From: Opitutia bacterium
Lineage (GTDB): Bacteria > Verrucomicrobiota > Verrucomicrobiia > Opitutales > Opitutaceae
NCBI GenBank assembly: GCA_947478395.1
Contig: CANJVR010000007.1
Location: 32,001 to 96,000 of the forward strand
Direction of reading: 5' to 3'
Length of the DNA stretch: 64,000 bases
Shown here piece after piece: positions 55,701-64,000 of this stretch; positions within the stretch are counted from its first letter, which is position 1, and each line of letters opens with the position of its first letter. The notes under the pieces are model-generated. The model was given only the letters and a program-made list of their open reading frames with translations. It searched no databases and had not been told where the DNA came from. A program made the position numbers and the translations under genes.

Positions 55701-58700
55701 ATCCAGTCGGCCGATTTCAGGACGTCGAGATTGTGCTCGATCACGATCACGCTGTGACCGGCGTCGACCAGTGCGTGCAGCACGCCGAGCAGGCGTTTCA
55801 CGTCGTGGCGGTGCAGGCCGGTGGTTGGTTCGTCGAGCAGCAGCAAAGCGCCCGTCGGAGGAACCAAAGCCGGTTTTGAGTTTTGGGTTTTGAGTTTTGG
55901 GTTTTCGGAATCGCGGCGTGAAGCCGGTCCTACAAGGTCAGAGCGGCTCAACTCAGAACTCGAAACTTCAAACTCGGAGCGCTCGGCGCCGAAGGCGCCG
56001 AGGTAGCGCACGAGTTTTAGGCGCTGCGATTCGCCGCCGCTGAGCGTGTTGAGCGGCTGGCCGAGGGTGAGGTAGCCAAGACCGACCCGGTCGAGAATGG
56101 CGAGGCGCTGACGGATGAGGGCGAGAGCGTTGGCGTGCGCCGTTGGTTTTGCGGCGGTTTTGCGGGGTGGAGGCACCCCGCCGACACGTTCCGAAGAGTC
56201 GGAAAAGAGGGGGAGGGCATCGGTGACGCTCGTCGCCAGGAGGTCGGCGACGGAGCGATCGTTCCAGCGGATCGCCAGGACTTCGGGTTTGAAGCGCCGG
56301 CCTTCGCACACCGGACACGGCACGAAGACATCGGAGAGAAACTGCATTTCCACGCGCTCGTAGCCAAGGCCCTGGCAGTGATCGCAGCGACCTTCACCGC
56401 TGTTGAAGGAAAAGCTCGAGGCATTGAAACCCGCGGCCTGCGCGGCGGGCGTGGCGGCGTAGAGTTCGCGAATCAGCTCCCAAGCCTCGGTGTAGAGCGC
56501 GGGATTGGAACGCGGAGTGCGCGAGAGTGGCGACTGGTCGACGAGCACAATTTCACTGAAAGCGAGATCGCTCGTGATCGACGCGATGGCCGCGGGATCG
56601 TCCGTGAGCTGGAGCCGCTGGGCGAGGAGGCCTTGGTGAATGACGTTGTCGAGGAGCGTGGATTTGCCGGACCCGGACACTCCGCTCAGGCAGACGAGGC
56701 GTTGTAACGGCACGCGAAATGAAACGTGTTGCAGGTTGTGCTTGGTCGCGTCGGTGAACGTGAGCCAGGAAGTCGGTTTCGATTTTTCGGTTTTGAGTTT
56801 TGAGCTTCCGTCGACTGGGCGACGACTCGCGGGCGTGGGAATGGTTTGTCGCCCGGAGAAATACGCGCCGGTGATACTCTCGGCGGAATTGAGCAGTGCG
56901 GGGAGATCGCCTTGAAATACGACGTGGCCCCCGCGGGCGCCGGCTTCGGGACCGATTTCGATCACGTGATCAGCGGCGCGAATCATCGCTTCGTCGTGCT
57001 CGACCACGACGACCGTGTTACCGGTGTCGGTCAGCGTGCGGATGATGCCGATCAGCCGGTCGATGTCGCGCGGGTGCAGGCCGACACTCGGTTCATCGAG
57101 CACAAACAACGTGTCGACGAGCGACGTGCCGAGACAACTGGTGAGGTTGACGCGCTGGACTTCGCCGCCGGAAAGGGTCTTCGACTGACGATCGAGCGTG
57201 AGGTAACCGAGTCCGACCTGCTGGAGGTAGCGCAGGCGCGTGACGATCGATTTGAGCGCCAGCGAATCGTCGCCCGACGGCGACGGTTTAGCGTCTTGGG
57301 TTTTGATTTTTGAGTTTTCGTCCGCGCGGTCGTGGGACGTGGGACGTTTTACGTCACAATCGGCGATCAGGGTGAGCAGTTCGTCGACGGGCAGTTGGTA
57401 AAGTTGGGGCAGGGTGCGGCCGCGCCACTGCCAGCAAAGGGACTCAGGCTGGAGGCGCTGGCCGCCGCAGGCGGAACAGGGATTGTAGGTGCGGTAGCGG
57501 GAGAGAAAAACCCGCACGTGCATTTTGTACGTCGTCTTCTCTAGCCAACGAAAAAAGCCTTTCACCCCGTACCAATACTGGGGCCACGTCTTGTTGTTCT
57601 CGTCGCCGTAACCGGGCTCGCCATCGATGATGAACGCCTTTTGTTCCGCGGTGAGCGAAGCGAAGGGGACGTCGGTCGGGATTTTCCGTTTGCGCGCGAA
57701 GACCCGGAGGTCGTCCAAGGATGCCTTGTACACTTCGCCTTCCCAGCATTTGAGCGCACCATCGTCGATGGAGAGCGACTGGTCGGGCAGGGCGAGGCGG
57801 TAATCGATTTCGATCACCCGGCCAAAGCCGCGGCACAACGGGCAGGCGCCCAGGGGTGAGTTAAAGGAAAACAGCGCCGGTGTGGCCGCGCGGAAGGTCC
57901 GGCCCGTCTTGGGTGACTGCAGTCCGCGGGAAAAGTGTCCCACGGGCTGAAGGGTATCGGCGGAAAAAAGGTGAACCTCGCCCTTGCCGAAATGGAGCGC
58001 GGCCTCGACGGCTTCGAGGAAGCGTGGGCGGCTAGCTGGCTCGATGGCGACGCGATCCTGCGCGACGAAAAGAAACGGGGATGACGCGAGGGCGGAATCC
58101 GCGCTAGCCGCGAGCAGCTCGTCGATGCGGGACAGGCGACCAGACGTGGCGGGCGTATCGGGCACGAGCACGCGGACGTACGATTGATTTTTTAAGCTCG
58201 TGAGGATTTCCGTCCACGTGAGGTTCGCGGGCTTTTCCACGCGGAAGGCGACGATGGCGGACAACGCTGGGTGTGTGGCGGAGACTTTGGTCCAGATCGT
58301 TGGCGGATTGTCGTCTTCGACGGGCTCGCCGGTGGCGGGGTCGTAGCATTTCGCCACTTGGCTGAACCAGACTTTAAAGAAGTCGGTGAGCTCCGTCATC
58401 GTGCCCACGGTCGACCGCGATGTTTTGACCGTGTTGGTTTGCTCGATGGCGATCGAGGGGCGGATGTTTTCGATCGAATCGACCTTGGGTTTGTCGAGGA
58501 GGTCGAGAAATTGGCGGGTATAGGCGCTGAACGTTTCGACGTAGCGGCGCTGGCCCTCGGCGTGTAGCGTGTCGAAAACGAGCGAGGATTTGCCCGCGCC
58601 ACTCAGGCCGGTGACAACGACATATTGGCCGAGCGGAAGATCGAGATCGAAGCCCTTGAGATTATTCTGACGGACCCCACGCAGGCGGATGCACTCGGGC

Positions 58701-58732
58701 GCGGGTAGGGAAGCGGGAACATTTTTAGCCAC
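52706..58732 (-). CDS. uvrA: Excinuclease ABC subunit A, tandem double-length form
   Basis: Four Walker A motifs, four LSGGE signatures, CxxC zinc fingers, two EGQRR.E motifs; 2008 aa. Confidence 0.97.
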   Translation of the reverse strand: MAKNVPASLPAPECIRLRGVRQNNLKGFDLDLPLGQYVVVTGLSGAGKSSLVFDTLHAEGQRRYVETFSAYTRQFLDLLDKPKVDSIENIRPSIAIEQTNTVKTSRSTVGTMTELTDFFKVWFSQVAKCYDPATGEPVEDDNPPTIWTKVSATHPALSAIVAFRVEKPANLTWTEILTSLKNQSYVRVLVPDTPATSGRLSRIDELLAASADSALASSPFLFVAQDRVAIEPASRPRFLEAVEAALHFGKGEVHLFSADTLQPVGHFSRGLQSPKTGRTFRAATPALFSFNSPLGACPLCRGFGRVIEIDYRLALPDQSLSIDDGALKCWEGEVYKASLDDLRVFARKRKIPTDVPFASLTAEQKAFIIDGEPGYGDENNKTWPQYWYGVKGFFRWLEKTTYKMHVRVFLSRYRTYNPCSACGGQRLQPESLCWQWRGRTLPQLYQLPVDELLTLIADCDVKRPTSHDRADENSKIKTQDAKPSPSGDDSLALKSIVTRLRYLQQVGLGYLTLDRQSKTLSGGEVQRVNLTSCLGTSLVDTLFVLDEPSVGLHPRDIDRLIGIIRTLTDTGNTVVVVEHDEAMIRAADHVIEIGPEAGARGGHVVFQGDLPALLNSAESITGAYFSGRQTIPTPASRRPVDGSSKLKTEKSKPTSWLTFTDATKHNLQHVSFRVPLQRLVCLSGVSGSGKSTLLDNVIHQGLLAQRLQLTDDPAAIASITSDLAFSEIVLVDQSPLSRTPRSNPALYTEAWELIRELYAATPAAQAAGFNASSFSFNSGEGRCDHCQGLGYERVEMQFLSDVFVPCPVCEGRRFKPEVLAIRWNDRSVADLLATSVTDALPLFSDSSERVGGVPPPRKTAAKPTAHANALALIRQRLAILDRVGLGYLTLGQPLNTLSGGESQRLKLVRYLGAFGAERSEFEVSSSELSRSDLVGPASRRDSENPKLKTQNSKPALVPPTGALLLLDEPTTGLHRHDVKRLLGVLHALVDAGHSVIVIEHNLDVLKSADWILEVGPEAGAGGGSIVAEGPPETIAHATTATSPFLRAVLGPAKGSSEFGFPSFELLAAEEAAAYNSKPKTRNPKPFFSQQLRIVGARENNLKNLSLSIPLRQLSVVTGVSGSGKSTLAFDIVFAEGQRRFMESMSPYARQFVEQLPRPAVDLLTGIPPTVAIEQRVTRGSRKSTVATITEVAQYLRLLYARLGVQHHPDSDKPVTPLSAGALKKLVAGVLATPKAKKAKHLYLCAPLIRGRKGHHQPIATWIANQGYELMRADGRLTRVDAFQKLDRYKEHDIEVVVADLKHPKTETQNSKLDPDHLAAALRLGHGSCFLLTPQGEILSWFSTTRTDIDTGESFPELDPKHFSFNSPRGWCPTCRGHGQIFSWMLEPDEAEENADPLAKLRAFGIDSADDVADEGQPCPDCHGERLNRIARAVKLHFRAKPKSKTKNSKPESPSALSLPALLRATPAELIAHLGALELDARGKLITQDIVPQIAERLKFLSHVGLGYLSLDRPTDTLSGGEAQRIRLAAQLGTNLAGVLYVLDEPSIGLHARDNERLIATLETLRDKGNTLLVVEHDDELMARADRIIDLGPAAGIHGGELLAEGTPAEIKANARSLTGIFLARGIVHPFRGAYRPLPAAREKSAWLNLTSVRFRNLKGFDLHLPLGRLIMVSGPSGAGKSTLFRDVLHPAVTQAIKAKLKKMTGRGFVKATGFSESNPHPTASGAPPFAELSNAQGFKQVVEVDQSPIGKTPRSTPATYLGIFDLIRQFFAALPEAKIRGFTAARFSFNTSGGRCPTCEGAGRIKLEMAFMPNTYLPCDDCRGLRYSADLADITWKGKSVGQVLQLTFEEAAGFFDFHSQLSQVCQLMVDCGLGYLTLGQSSPTLSGGEAQRLKLVTELSTGLASYRERSRGEKPRNLYLLEEPTIGLHLSDCEKLIRVLHSLVDQGHTVVVIEHHLDLLAEADYIVELGPVGGPDGGELLYQGELAGLLKVKHSPTAPYLRTRLKH
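54380..57354 (-). repeat. Dispersed in-frame heptamer arrays and REP-like palindromes within uvrA
   Basis: TTTTGRG/TTTCGRG-type heptamer runs at 54380-54414, 54794-54828, 55481-55570, 55874-55977, 56775-56806 and 57294-57354; REP-like palindromes at 55911-55933 and 56162-56185. Confidence 0.8.
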
Positions 58733-58792
58733 GGGGCGACACGGATGGACCGGGATGCAGCAGATGCAAATCTGGAATGCGCGCCGCTTCGG

Positions 58793-59560
58793 CTACTTTC
58801 CTGCGAGAGTCAGCTGCGCGCCGGCGGCGTTGATTGCGCGGGCGACGGCGGGCGTCGGCCGCGTTTCAGTTACGATCGTGAACCGTGGGTCGAAGGGCGT
58901 CGTGAGATTGAGGGCTTTGCGCCCGAACTTGGAATTATCCAGGGCGAAGATCGTGCGCTCGGCCGCGGCGATCATCTTGCGCTGCGCGGCGACGATCAGG
59001 GCGTTGTGGTTCCAGATGCCATTTTCCGTGATGCCGGCGCCGCCGAGAATCGCGAGGTCGGCGTGCGCTTGCTCGAAGGACTGCTCACACAAGGGACCGA
59101 CGAGCACGCCCAGTCGGCTGTAAATGCTGCCGCCGGTGACGATCGTTTCGACGCTGCCGATTTCGCCGAAGAGCGAGGCGATCGGGAGCGAGTTGGTGAT
59201 AACCTGGAGGTGCTTGTCGGCGAGGAGTCGCGCGACCGCGTAGGTCGTGCTGCCGCCGTCGAGAATGACGGTCATGCCCGGTTGAACCTGCTCCGCGACG
59301 AGGCGGGCGATCGTGAATTTCTCCTCGGGGTGGCGCTGGTTGCGGGAGATGAAATCGTATTCCTGGGCGAACGCATCGGTGTCCACGAGCGACGCACCGC
59401 CGTGGTGGCGGCGGACAACACCGCGAAGTTCGAGGGCATCGAGGGCGCGGCGCACGGTGGACAATGAAGCGTCGAAACGCACGGCGAGCGTGTGCAAGTC
59501 CGCGTACTTGTGTTCACGGAGATGGTGCTCGATCGAATCGGTGCGTTGTTGATTGGTCAT
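58793..59560 (-). CDS. DeoR/GlpR family transcriptional regulator
   Basis: HTH FDASLSTVRRALDALE..GVVRRHHGGA, ILDGGSTT, VITNSL, DNSKFG. Confidence 0.92.
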   Translation of the reverse strand: MTNQQRTDSIEHHLREHKYADLHTLAVRFDASLSTVRRALDALELRGVVRRHHGGASLVDTDAFAQEYDFISRNQRHPEEKFTIARLVAEQVQPGMTVILDGGSTTYAVARLLADKHLQVITNSLPIASLFGEIGSVETIVTGGSIYSRLGVLVGPLCEQSFEQAHADLAILGGAGITENGIWNHNALIVAAQRKMIAAAERTIFALDNSKFGRKALNLTTPFDPRFTIVTETRPTPAVARAINAAGAQLTLAGK

Positions 59561-59619
59561 CGGCTGGACAAACGAAAGCGGGATTGAAGCGCGAGGAACA
59601 CGGGGGACGCGACTGAGTT

Positions 59620-60729
59620 TTACGGCGCCGCTGTCCGGAGTTGTTCGAAGAGTTCGAGGTAGGCGGTGACTTGGCGGGCGGCGTCGAAGGTCGAGCGGGC
59701 GTAGGCTCGCGCCGCGGCGCTCCTTCGTGCGCGTTCCTCCGCTGAGGCGGTAAACAACGGGATGAGCGCGGAATGAAAGTCGGCGCGGTTCCCCGACGGT
59801 ATCGCCCAGCCGGTTTGCCCGGGAATGAAACACTCGTCCACGCCTTGGGCGGCGTAGGCGACGGCCGGCAGACCGTGCGCCTGGGCCTCGATGAGAAAGT
59901 TGGAAAGCGATTCGCTGGTGGAGGCATGGACCGCGACGTCGGCCGCGGCGTAGAGCGGGGCGGGATCGCGTTGAAAATTCAGGAAGCGGACGCGTCCGCC
60001 GAGCTTCAGCGAGGCTGCGAGGCGCACGCAGGCCATGCGCTCGGGCCCATCACCCGCGAGCCAGAGCTGCCAGGCCGGTGCAGTGGGCAGGGAGGCGGCG
60101 AGGGCAATGAGTTCGCGCTGGTTTTTCTCCGGACGAAACATCGCGACGTTGACGAGCACGGTGGTGGCATCGGTTGCTTGGTAGCTCGCGCGCAGCGCGC
60201 CCGCGACGGCACTGCGCTCGGAGGTCGCTCTGCCGGTTGGGTCGGCGGGGAAGACCAGCGAGTTGTGAATCACGTCGATTTTTTCCGCGGCGATGCGATG
60301 CGCGGCGACCAGGTGGGCTCGCGCGGCGTGGCTGTTGGCCACGACGTGGGTGACGCGCTGCAGCGAGCGGCGGAAAAGCCAGGGGAGATTTTTCCCGGTT
60401 CGCATCGTGGCGACGACGGCTGCGCGCGGGACAGCGCGTTGGAGCGAGCCCGCGTAGCAGTTGGCCATGCGACCCATGCAGAGAATGATGTCGGGCGCGG
60501 CTTGGCGGGCCGCGGAGATGAGCCCCGGGGCGAACCAGTCCAGGTGAATATCGAAGGGCTGGAGCGCGCGCGGTGCGAGATCAGCCGCCGTGGAGGCGAG
60601 CGCGCCGCCAGGACGGAACGTAAGCAGATGGGCCTCGTGGCCCGCGGCGCGAAACGCCCGGGCGAGGAGGATCGACTGACGCTCGGTGCCGCCGCTGCGG
60701 AGGCGATCCTGCACGACAAGAATTTTCAT
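59620..60729 (-). CDS. GT4 (GT-B) glycosyltransferase
   Basis: GGTERQ, VVANS, RPEKNQ, ESLSNFLIEAQAHGLP (EX7E). Confidence 0.9.
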   Translation of the reverse strand: MKILVVQDRLRSGGTERQSILLARAFRAAGHEAHLLTFRPGGALASTAADLAPRALQPFDIHLDWFAPGLISAARQAAPDIILCMGRMANCYAGSLQRAVPRAAVVATMRTGKNLPWLFRRSLQRVTHVVANSHAARAHLVAAHRIAAEKIDVIHNSLVFPADPTGRATSERSAVAGALRASYQATDATTVLVNVAMFRPEKNQRELIALAASLPTAPAWQLWLAGDGPERMACVRLAASLKLGGRVRFLNFQRDPAPLYAAADVAVHASTSESLSNFLIEAQAHGLPAVAYAAQGVDECFIPGQTGWAIPSGNRADFHSALIPLFTASAEERARRSAAARAYARSTFDAARQVTAYLELFEQLRTAAP

Positions 60730-60767
60730 TGCGGGGTATCCCGGCTCTCGGAGGATGACGTCATCGG

Positions 60768-61187
60768 ATGAACGCTTCGCTTTCTCAACTGCTACTGCGT
60801 TGGCTGGTCCTCGCGATCGGTGTGACGCTCGCGACCAAGCTGGGCATTGGCATTCGATGCGATGACGGCGCGACCTTGGTGGTCGTCGTGCTGCTCCTCA
60901 GTTTTTTCAACGCGATCCTGAAGCCGTTGCTGGTGCTGTTCACGCTGCCGTTCATCCTCGTGACCTTGGGCCTTGGTATTGTGGTAATCAATGCCTTGTT
61001 ATTTCTGCTGGTGGGTCACCTCGTCGAAGGCTTCCACGTTGCCAGTTTTTGGTCGGCCGTCGGTGGCGCGCTGGTCGTGAGCGTGACCAATATGGTGCTG
61101 AGTGCTGTGACGCGCGGGCCGCGTCCGCCCCGTCCTCCGTCCAGCCGGCCGCCGGCCGCGAAGCGGGATGACGTGATCGATATCTAG
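60768..61187 (+). CDS. YvlD-like 4-TM membrane protein (holin superfamily IV)
   Basis: NAILKPLLVLFTLPFILVTLGLG..VINA motif. Confidence 0.85.
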   Translation: MNASLSQLLLRWLVLAIGVTLATKLGIGIRCDDGATLVVVVLLLSFFNAILKPLLVLFTLPFILVTLGLGIVVINALLFLLVGHLVEGFHVASFWSAVGGALVVSVTNMVLSAVTRGPRPPRPPSSRPPAAKRDDVIDI

Positions 61188-61284
61188 CGCCGCCCAGCGC
61201 GCCGCAGTATTGGGTTTCGGGTTGGATCTTTCGCTCTCCGTAATTTCCGTTTGACGGTTTTGCCGCGCCCGCGACGGTGGGAGG

Positions 61285-62691
61285 ATGGCAGACAACACGG
61301 AATACGATCTCATCGTCATTGGCGGCGGACCAGCGGGCTACGCGGGCGCCATTAGGGCCGGACAGCTCGGCAAAAAGGTCGCTTGCATCGAACTCGAGCG
61401 CGCGGGCGGCACGTGTTTGAACTGGGGTTGTATTCCCACGAAAGCGCTCCTCAAGAGCGCGGAATTTTACCGGTCGCTCTCAAAGGCGGAGTCGTTCGGC
61501 ATCACGGTAAAGGACCCTAGCTTCGATTTCGCCAAGGTCATGGATCGTTCGCGCGGCGTCGCGGGCACGATGGCCAAAGGCGTCGAATTTCTCTTCCGCA
61601 AAAACAAGGTCGATTACTTCGTCGGCCGCGCTCAGGTGATCGCTGCGGGCATGGTTGAAATCACCGAGGGCGAACACAAAGGGAAGTTCTTCAAAACGAA
61701 AAACGTTCTCCTCGCCACAGGCTGCAAGCCACGCCGGCTGCCAAACATTCCAGTCGACGGCCAGCGCGTGATGACCTCCCGCGAAGCCCTCGAGCCGCGC
61801 AAGCAGCCCCCGAAATCGATCGTGATCATCGGCGCCGGCGCGATCGGCGTGGAGTTTGCCTATTTTTTCAACGCCTTCGGATCAAAGGTGACGCTCGTCG
61901 AGATGCTGCCGCAAGTCGTGCCGGTCGAAGACGAGGACGTGGCGAAAGCGCTCCAGCGCTCGTTCGAGAAGCAGGGCATCACGGTGCACGTGAACACCAA
62001 GGTCGAAAACGTCCGCGTGGGCGCCGCCAAGGTTGAGCTCTCCCTCGTGAAAAACGGCGAAAGCAATTCCACCGAGGTCGAAGCCGAGACGCTGCTCATC
62101 GCGATCGGTGTGACCCCGAATCTCGAAGGCGCGCTGTCGGCCCAGGTAAAATGCGAACTCGAGCGCGGGTATCTCAAGGTGGACGACAATTACGAGACGA
62201 GCGTGAAGGGCATCTACGGCGCCGGCGACATTATCGGCCCGCCGTGGCTCGCGCACGTCGCGACCTACGAAGCCGTCAATGCCGTCAGCGGCATGTTCGG
62301 TCACCACAACGCGGGCCGCGTGAAGATTTTCCCGGGCGCGACCTATTGCCAGCCGCAGATCGCGAGCACGGGACTCACGGAAAAGGCGGCGAAGGAAAAG
62401 GGTCTGAGCTACAAATTGGGCAAATTTCCGTTCACGGCTTCGGGCAAAGCGGTCGCGTCCGGCGATTCCGAGGGTTTCGTGAAAGTCATCAGCGACGCGA
62501 ATACGGGTGAGATTTACGGCGTACACATTCTCGGTAACGAGGCGCCGGAACTCATCGCCGAATACGTGCTCGCGATGAACATGGAGGCTTCGGTCGACGA
62601 AGTGCACCGTTCGATCCACGCGCATCCGACGCTGAGCGAGGCCTTGATGGAGGCCGCCGCGGCGACGATGGGTGAGGCGATCCACATCTAA
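61285..62691 (+). CDS. lpdA: Dihydrolipoamide dehydrogenase
   Basis: GGGPAG, GGTCLNWGCIPTK redox disulfide, GAGAIG, HAHPTLSE. Confidence 0.97.
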   Translation: MADNTEYDLIVIGGGPAGYAGAIRAGQLGKKVACIELERAGGTCLNWGCIPTKALLKSAEFYRSLSKAESFGITVKDPSFDFAKVMDRSRGVAGTMAKGVEFLFRKNKVDYFVGRAQVIAAGMVEITEGEHKGKFFKTKNVLLATGCKPRRLPNIPVDGQRVMTSREALEPRKQPPKSIVIIGAGAIGVEFAYFFNAFGSKVTLVEMLPQVVPVEDEDVAKALQRSFEKQGITVHVNTKVENVRVGAAKVELSLVKNGESNSTEVEAETLLIAIGVTPNLEGALSAQVKCELERGYLKVDDNYETSVKGIYGAGDIIGPPWLAHVATYEAVNAVSGMFGHHNAGRVKIFPGATYCQPQIASTGLTEKAAKEKGLSYKLGKFPFTASGKAVASGDSEGFVKVISDANTGEIYGVHILGNEAPELIAEYVLAMNMEASVDEVHRSIHAHPTLSEALMEAAAATMGEAIHI

Positions 62692-62699
62692 TATTTATA

Positions 62700-62793
62700 A
62701 GGTAGGGCCCGTTTTCCCTAGCGCACCGGTTCGGCGTCGCCTGTTGGGTGAGCCGAAGTCGCAGCGGCGGGTTAGCGATAACCCGCCCTACCT
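62700..62793. repeat. GTAG-type REP doublet (family B), copy 3, more degenerate
   Basis: AGGTAGGGCCCGTTTTCCCTAGCGCACC-GGTTCGGCGTCGC...GTCGCAGC-GGCGGGTTAGCGATAACCCGCCCTACCT. Confidence 0.8.
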
Positions 62794-62847
62794 CGGACGA
62801 TGTGCATCCAAGCTCGTCTCGGCCCGCGAGCAGTTTATCTCTGCGCC

Positions 62848-64000
62848 ATGATTTCACTCCGCCCCCTCTCGCTGGGATTGAAACCGCGTTACGTCGTTTC
62901 GATTCTCGGTTGGCTCGCTTCGATACTTTGCGTCCGAGCCGCGGAGCCTGTTCCCGCGCCGCCATCGACGCGGTCACCGGAGGTCGCGGCCGATCCCATC
63001 CGCGTCATGGTCGCTCAGCTCGATCTGGAAAAATACAAGGCGACGATTAAGGCGCTGACCCAATTCGGCGACCGCCGGCAGGGCACTGATCGGAATCGCG
63101 CGGCGACCGACTGGATTGAGGCGCAGTTGAAAAGCTACGGTTACGCGACCGAACGGCTCGTTTATGATTTTTTTCCCGCCGATCCGCGCCGTCCGAGCGG
63201 CCCTGCCGTCGCGGCGGGCATGGCGCAAGGCGGTGGACGCATTCGCGGCCAGATCGCGCCGACCGGAGTTAACGTGGATCCGCTGAAGCAGCCCGACGCA
63301 AAATTACGGGCTTTGAACGAACAGCCGGCCGGGATCGGTCGGCGCGAGGAAGTTTACTGCACCAAAGTCGGCACCACGCATCCCGAGGAAATGTACATCA
63401 TCGGTGCGCACATGGACGGTCACGGCTGGGGCGAGGCGGCCAACGACGACGGCTCCGGCACGGCGATCGTGATGGAAATCGCGCGCATCCTGGCGGCGCC
63501 GGACGTGAAGACGGAACGCTCGATTCGATTTGTGCTCTGGAACAACGAAGAGACCGGCTTGAACGGGGCGTACGCCTATGTGGCGCAGCGCGCGGCGTTG
63601 CAGGGAAAGGAAGATCCGGTGGGCTCCGGCCAATATCCCGAGCCGAAATGGCTCGGGATGATTCAGCACGACATGATGCTGTTCGATCACGGCGCACCGC
63701 GGGCGGATGGCACGATGAATCCGGAGCAGCGGCCGGAGGCGGACGTGAACATTGAATTTCAATCCAGCGCGAAATTCGCCGGCGACGCGCAGAAACTCGC
63801 CTGGTTCTTCGCGACCTCGAATGAGAAGTACGCCACCGATTATCCCGCCGCGGTCGGCCAGCACATGACGAACACCGACAGCACGCCGTTTATGGACCAC
63901 GTCGCGGCGATCAGTCTGCGTGAAAACGAACGCGGCGCGCAGATCGGCGCCGGCTGGGATCCGCACTGGCATCAGCCGACTGACGTCTACTCGACCTTTA
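62848..64000 (+). CDS. Secreted M28-family zinc peptidase, 3'-truncated by window edge
   Basis: Hand translation from ATG 62848 gives a signal-like N-terminus, IIGAHMD, ANDDGSG, RSIRFVLWNNEETGL, QHDMM, TD..PF and PHWHQPTD. Absent from the ORF track because there is no stop in the window. Confidence 0.85.
   Translation, partial: MISLRPLSLGLKPRYVVSILGWLASILCVRAAEPVPAPPSTRSPEVAADPIRVMVAQLDLEKYKATIKALTQFGDRRQGTDRNRAATDWIEAQLKSYGYATERLVYDFFPADPRRPSGPAVAAGMAQGGGRIRGQIAPTGVNVDPLKQPDAKLRALNEQPAGIGRREEVYCTKVGTTHPEEMYIIGAHMDGHGWGEAANDDGSGTAIVMEIARILAAPDVKTERSIRFVLWNNEETGLNGAYAYVAQRAALQGKEDPVGSGQYPEPKWLGMIQHDMMLFDHGAPRADGTMNPEQRPEADVNIEFQSSAKFAGDAQKLAWFFATSNEKYATDYPAAVGQHMTNTDSTPFMDHVAAISLRENERGAQIGAGWDPHWHQPTDVYSTF

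Noticed and set aside
52706..58732. Double-length UvrA as a novelty or intein carrier
   Set aside because: Tandem UvrA is known in the PVC group; the inserts are short and lack intein Cys/His-Asn termini.
58690..58792. LexA box upstream of uvrA (also checked recF and ruvC)
   Set aside because: No full TGTTC-N4-GAACA match found by eye, only half-sites.
60768..61187. Holin-family gene as evidence of a prophage
   Set aside because: YvlD-type proteins are common chromosomal genes; no endolysin, integrase or structural phage genes nearby.

Overview
GC-rich bacterial DNA, most likely Opitutaceae (Verrucomicrobiota). This is inferred from the double-length UvrA, the paired L[AS]N[VL][AS]TRG C-terminal domains of the secreted protease and the N-terminally extended RuvC. 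About 1-43.5 kb is a surface-glycosylation region: a TMTC-like GT-C/TPR protein, six more multi-TM GT-C/YfhO-like proteins, four polyprenyl-phosphate-type GT2s, a GtrA flippase, a GDP-heptose pathway (gmhA, hddA, gmhB, hddC), an amino-sugar pathway and two CDP-tyvelose-epimerase-like SDRs. Two TonB-dependent receptors, two methyltransferases and a matrixin plus TIMP/NTR-like gene pair are interspersed. No Wzx/Wzy or ABC exporter is recognisable. The region shows remodelling scars: a duplicated GT2 end fused to an epimerase fragment, a collapsed mini-gene and a premature stop. About 43.6-64 kb is core genome: hemH, PAS hybrid kinase, ruvC, TauE, recF, second gmhA, amtB-glnK, uvrA, DeoR, GT4, holin-like, lpdA and a partial M28 peptidase. 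Non-coding signals include GTAG-type REP doublets, three sigma54-type promoters each with an upstream palindrome, and at least seven in-frame heptamer/REP repeat patches inside uvrA. No rRNA, tRNA, CRISPR array, transposase or prophage was recognised. All calls come from reading the sequence by eye; no database searches were run.
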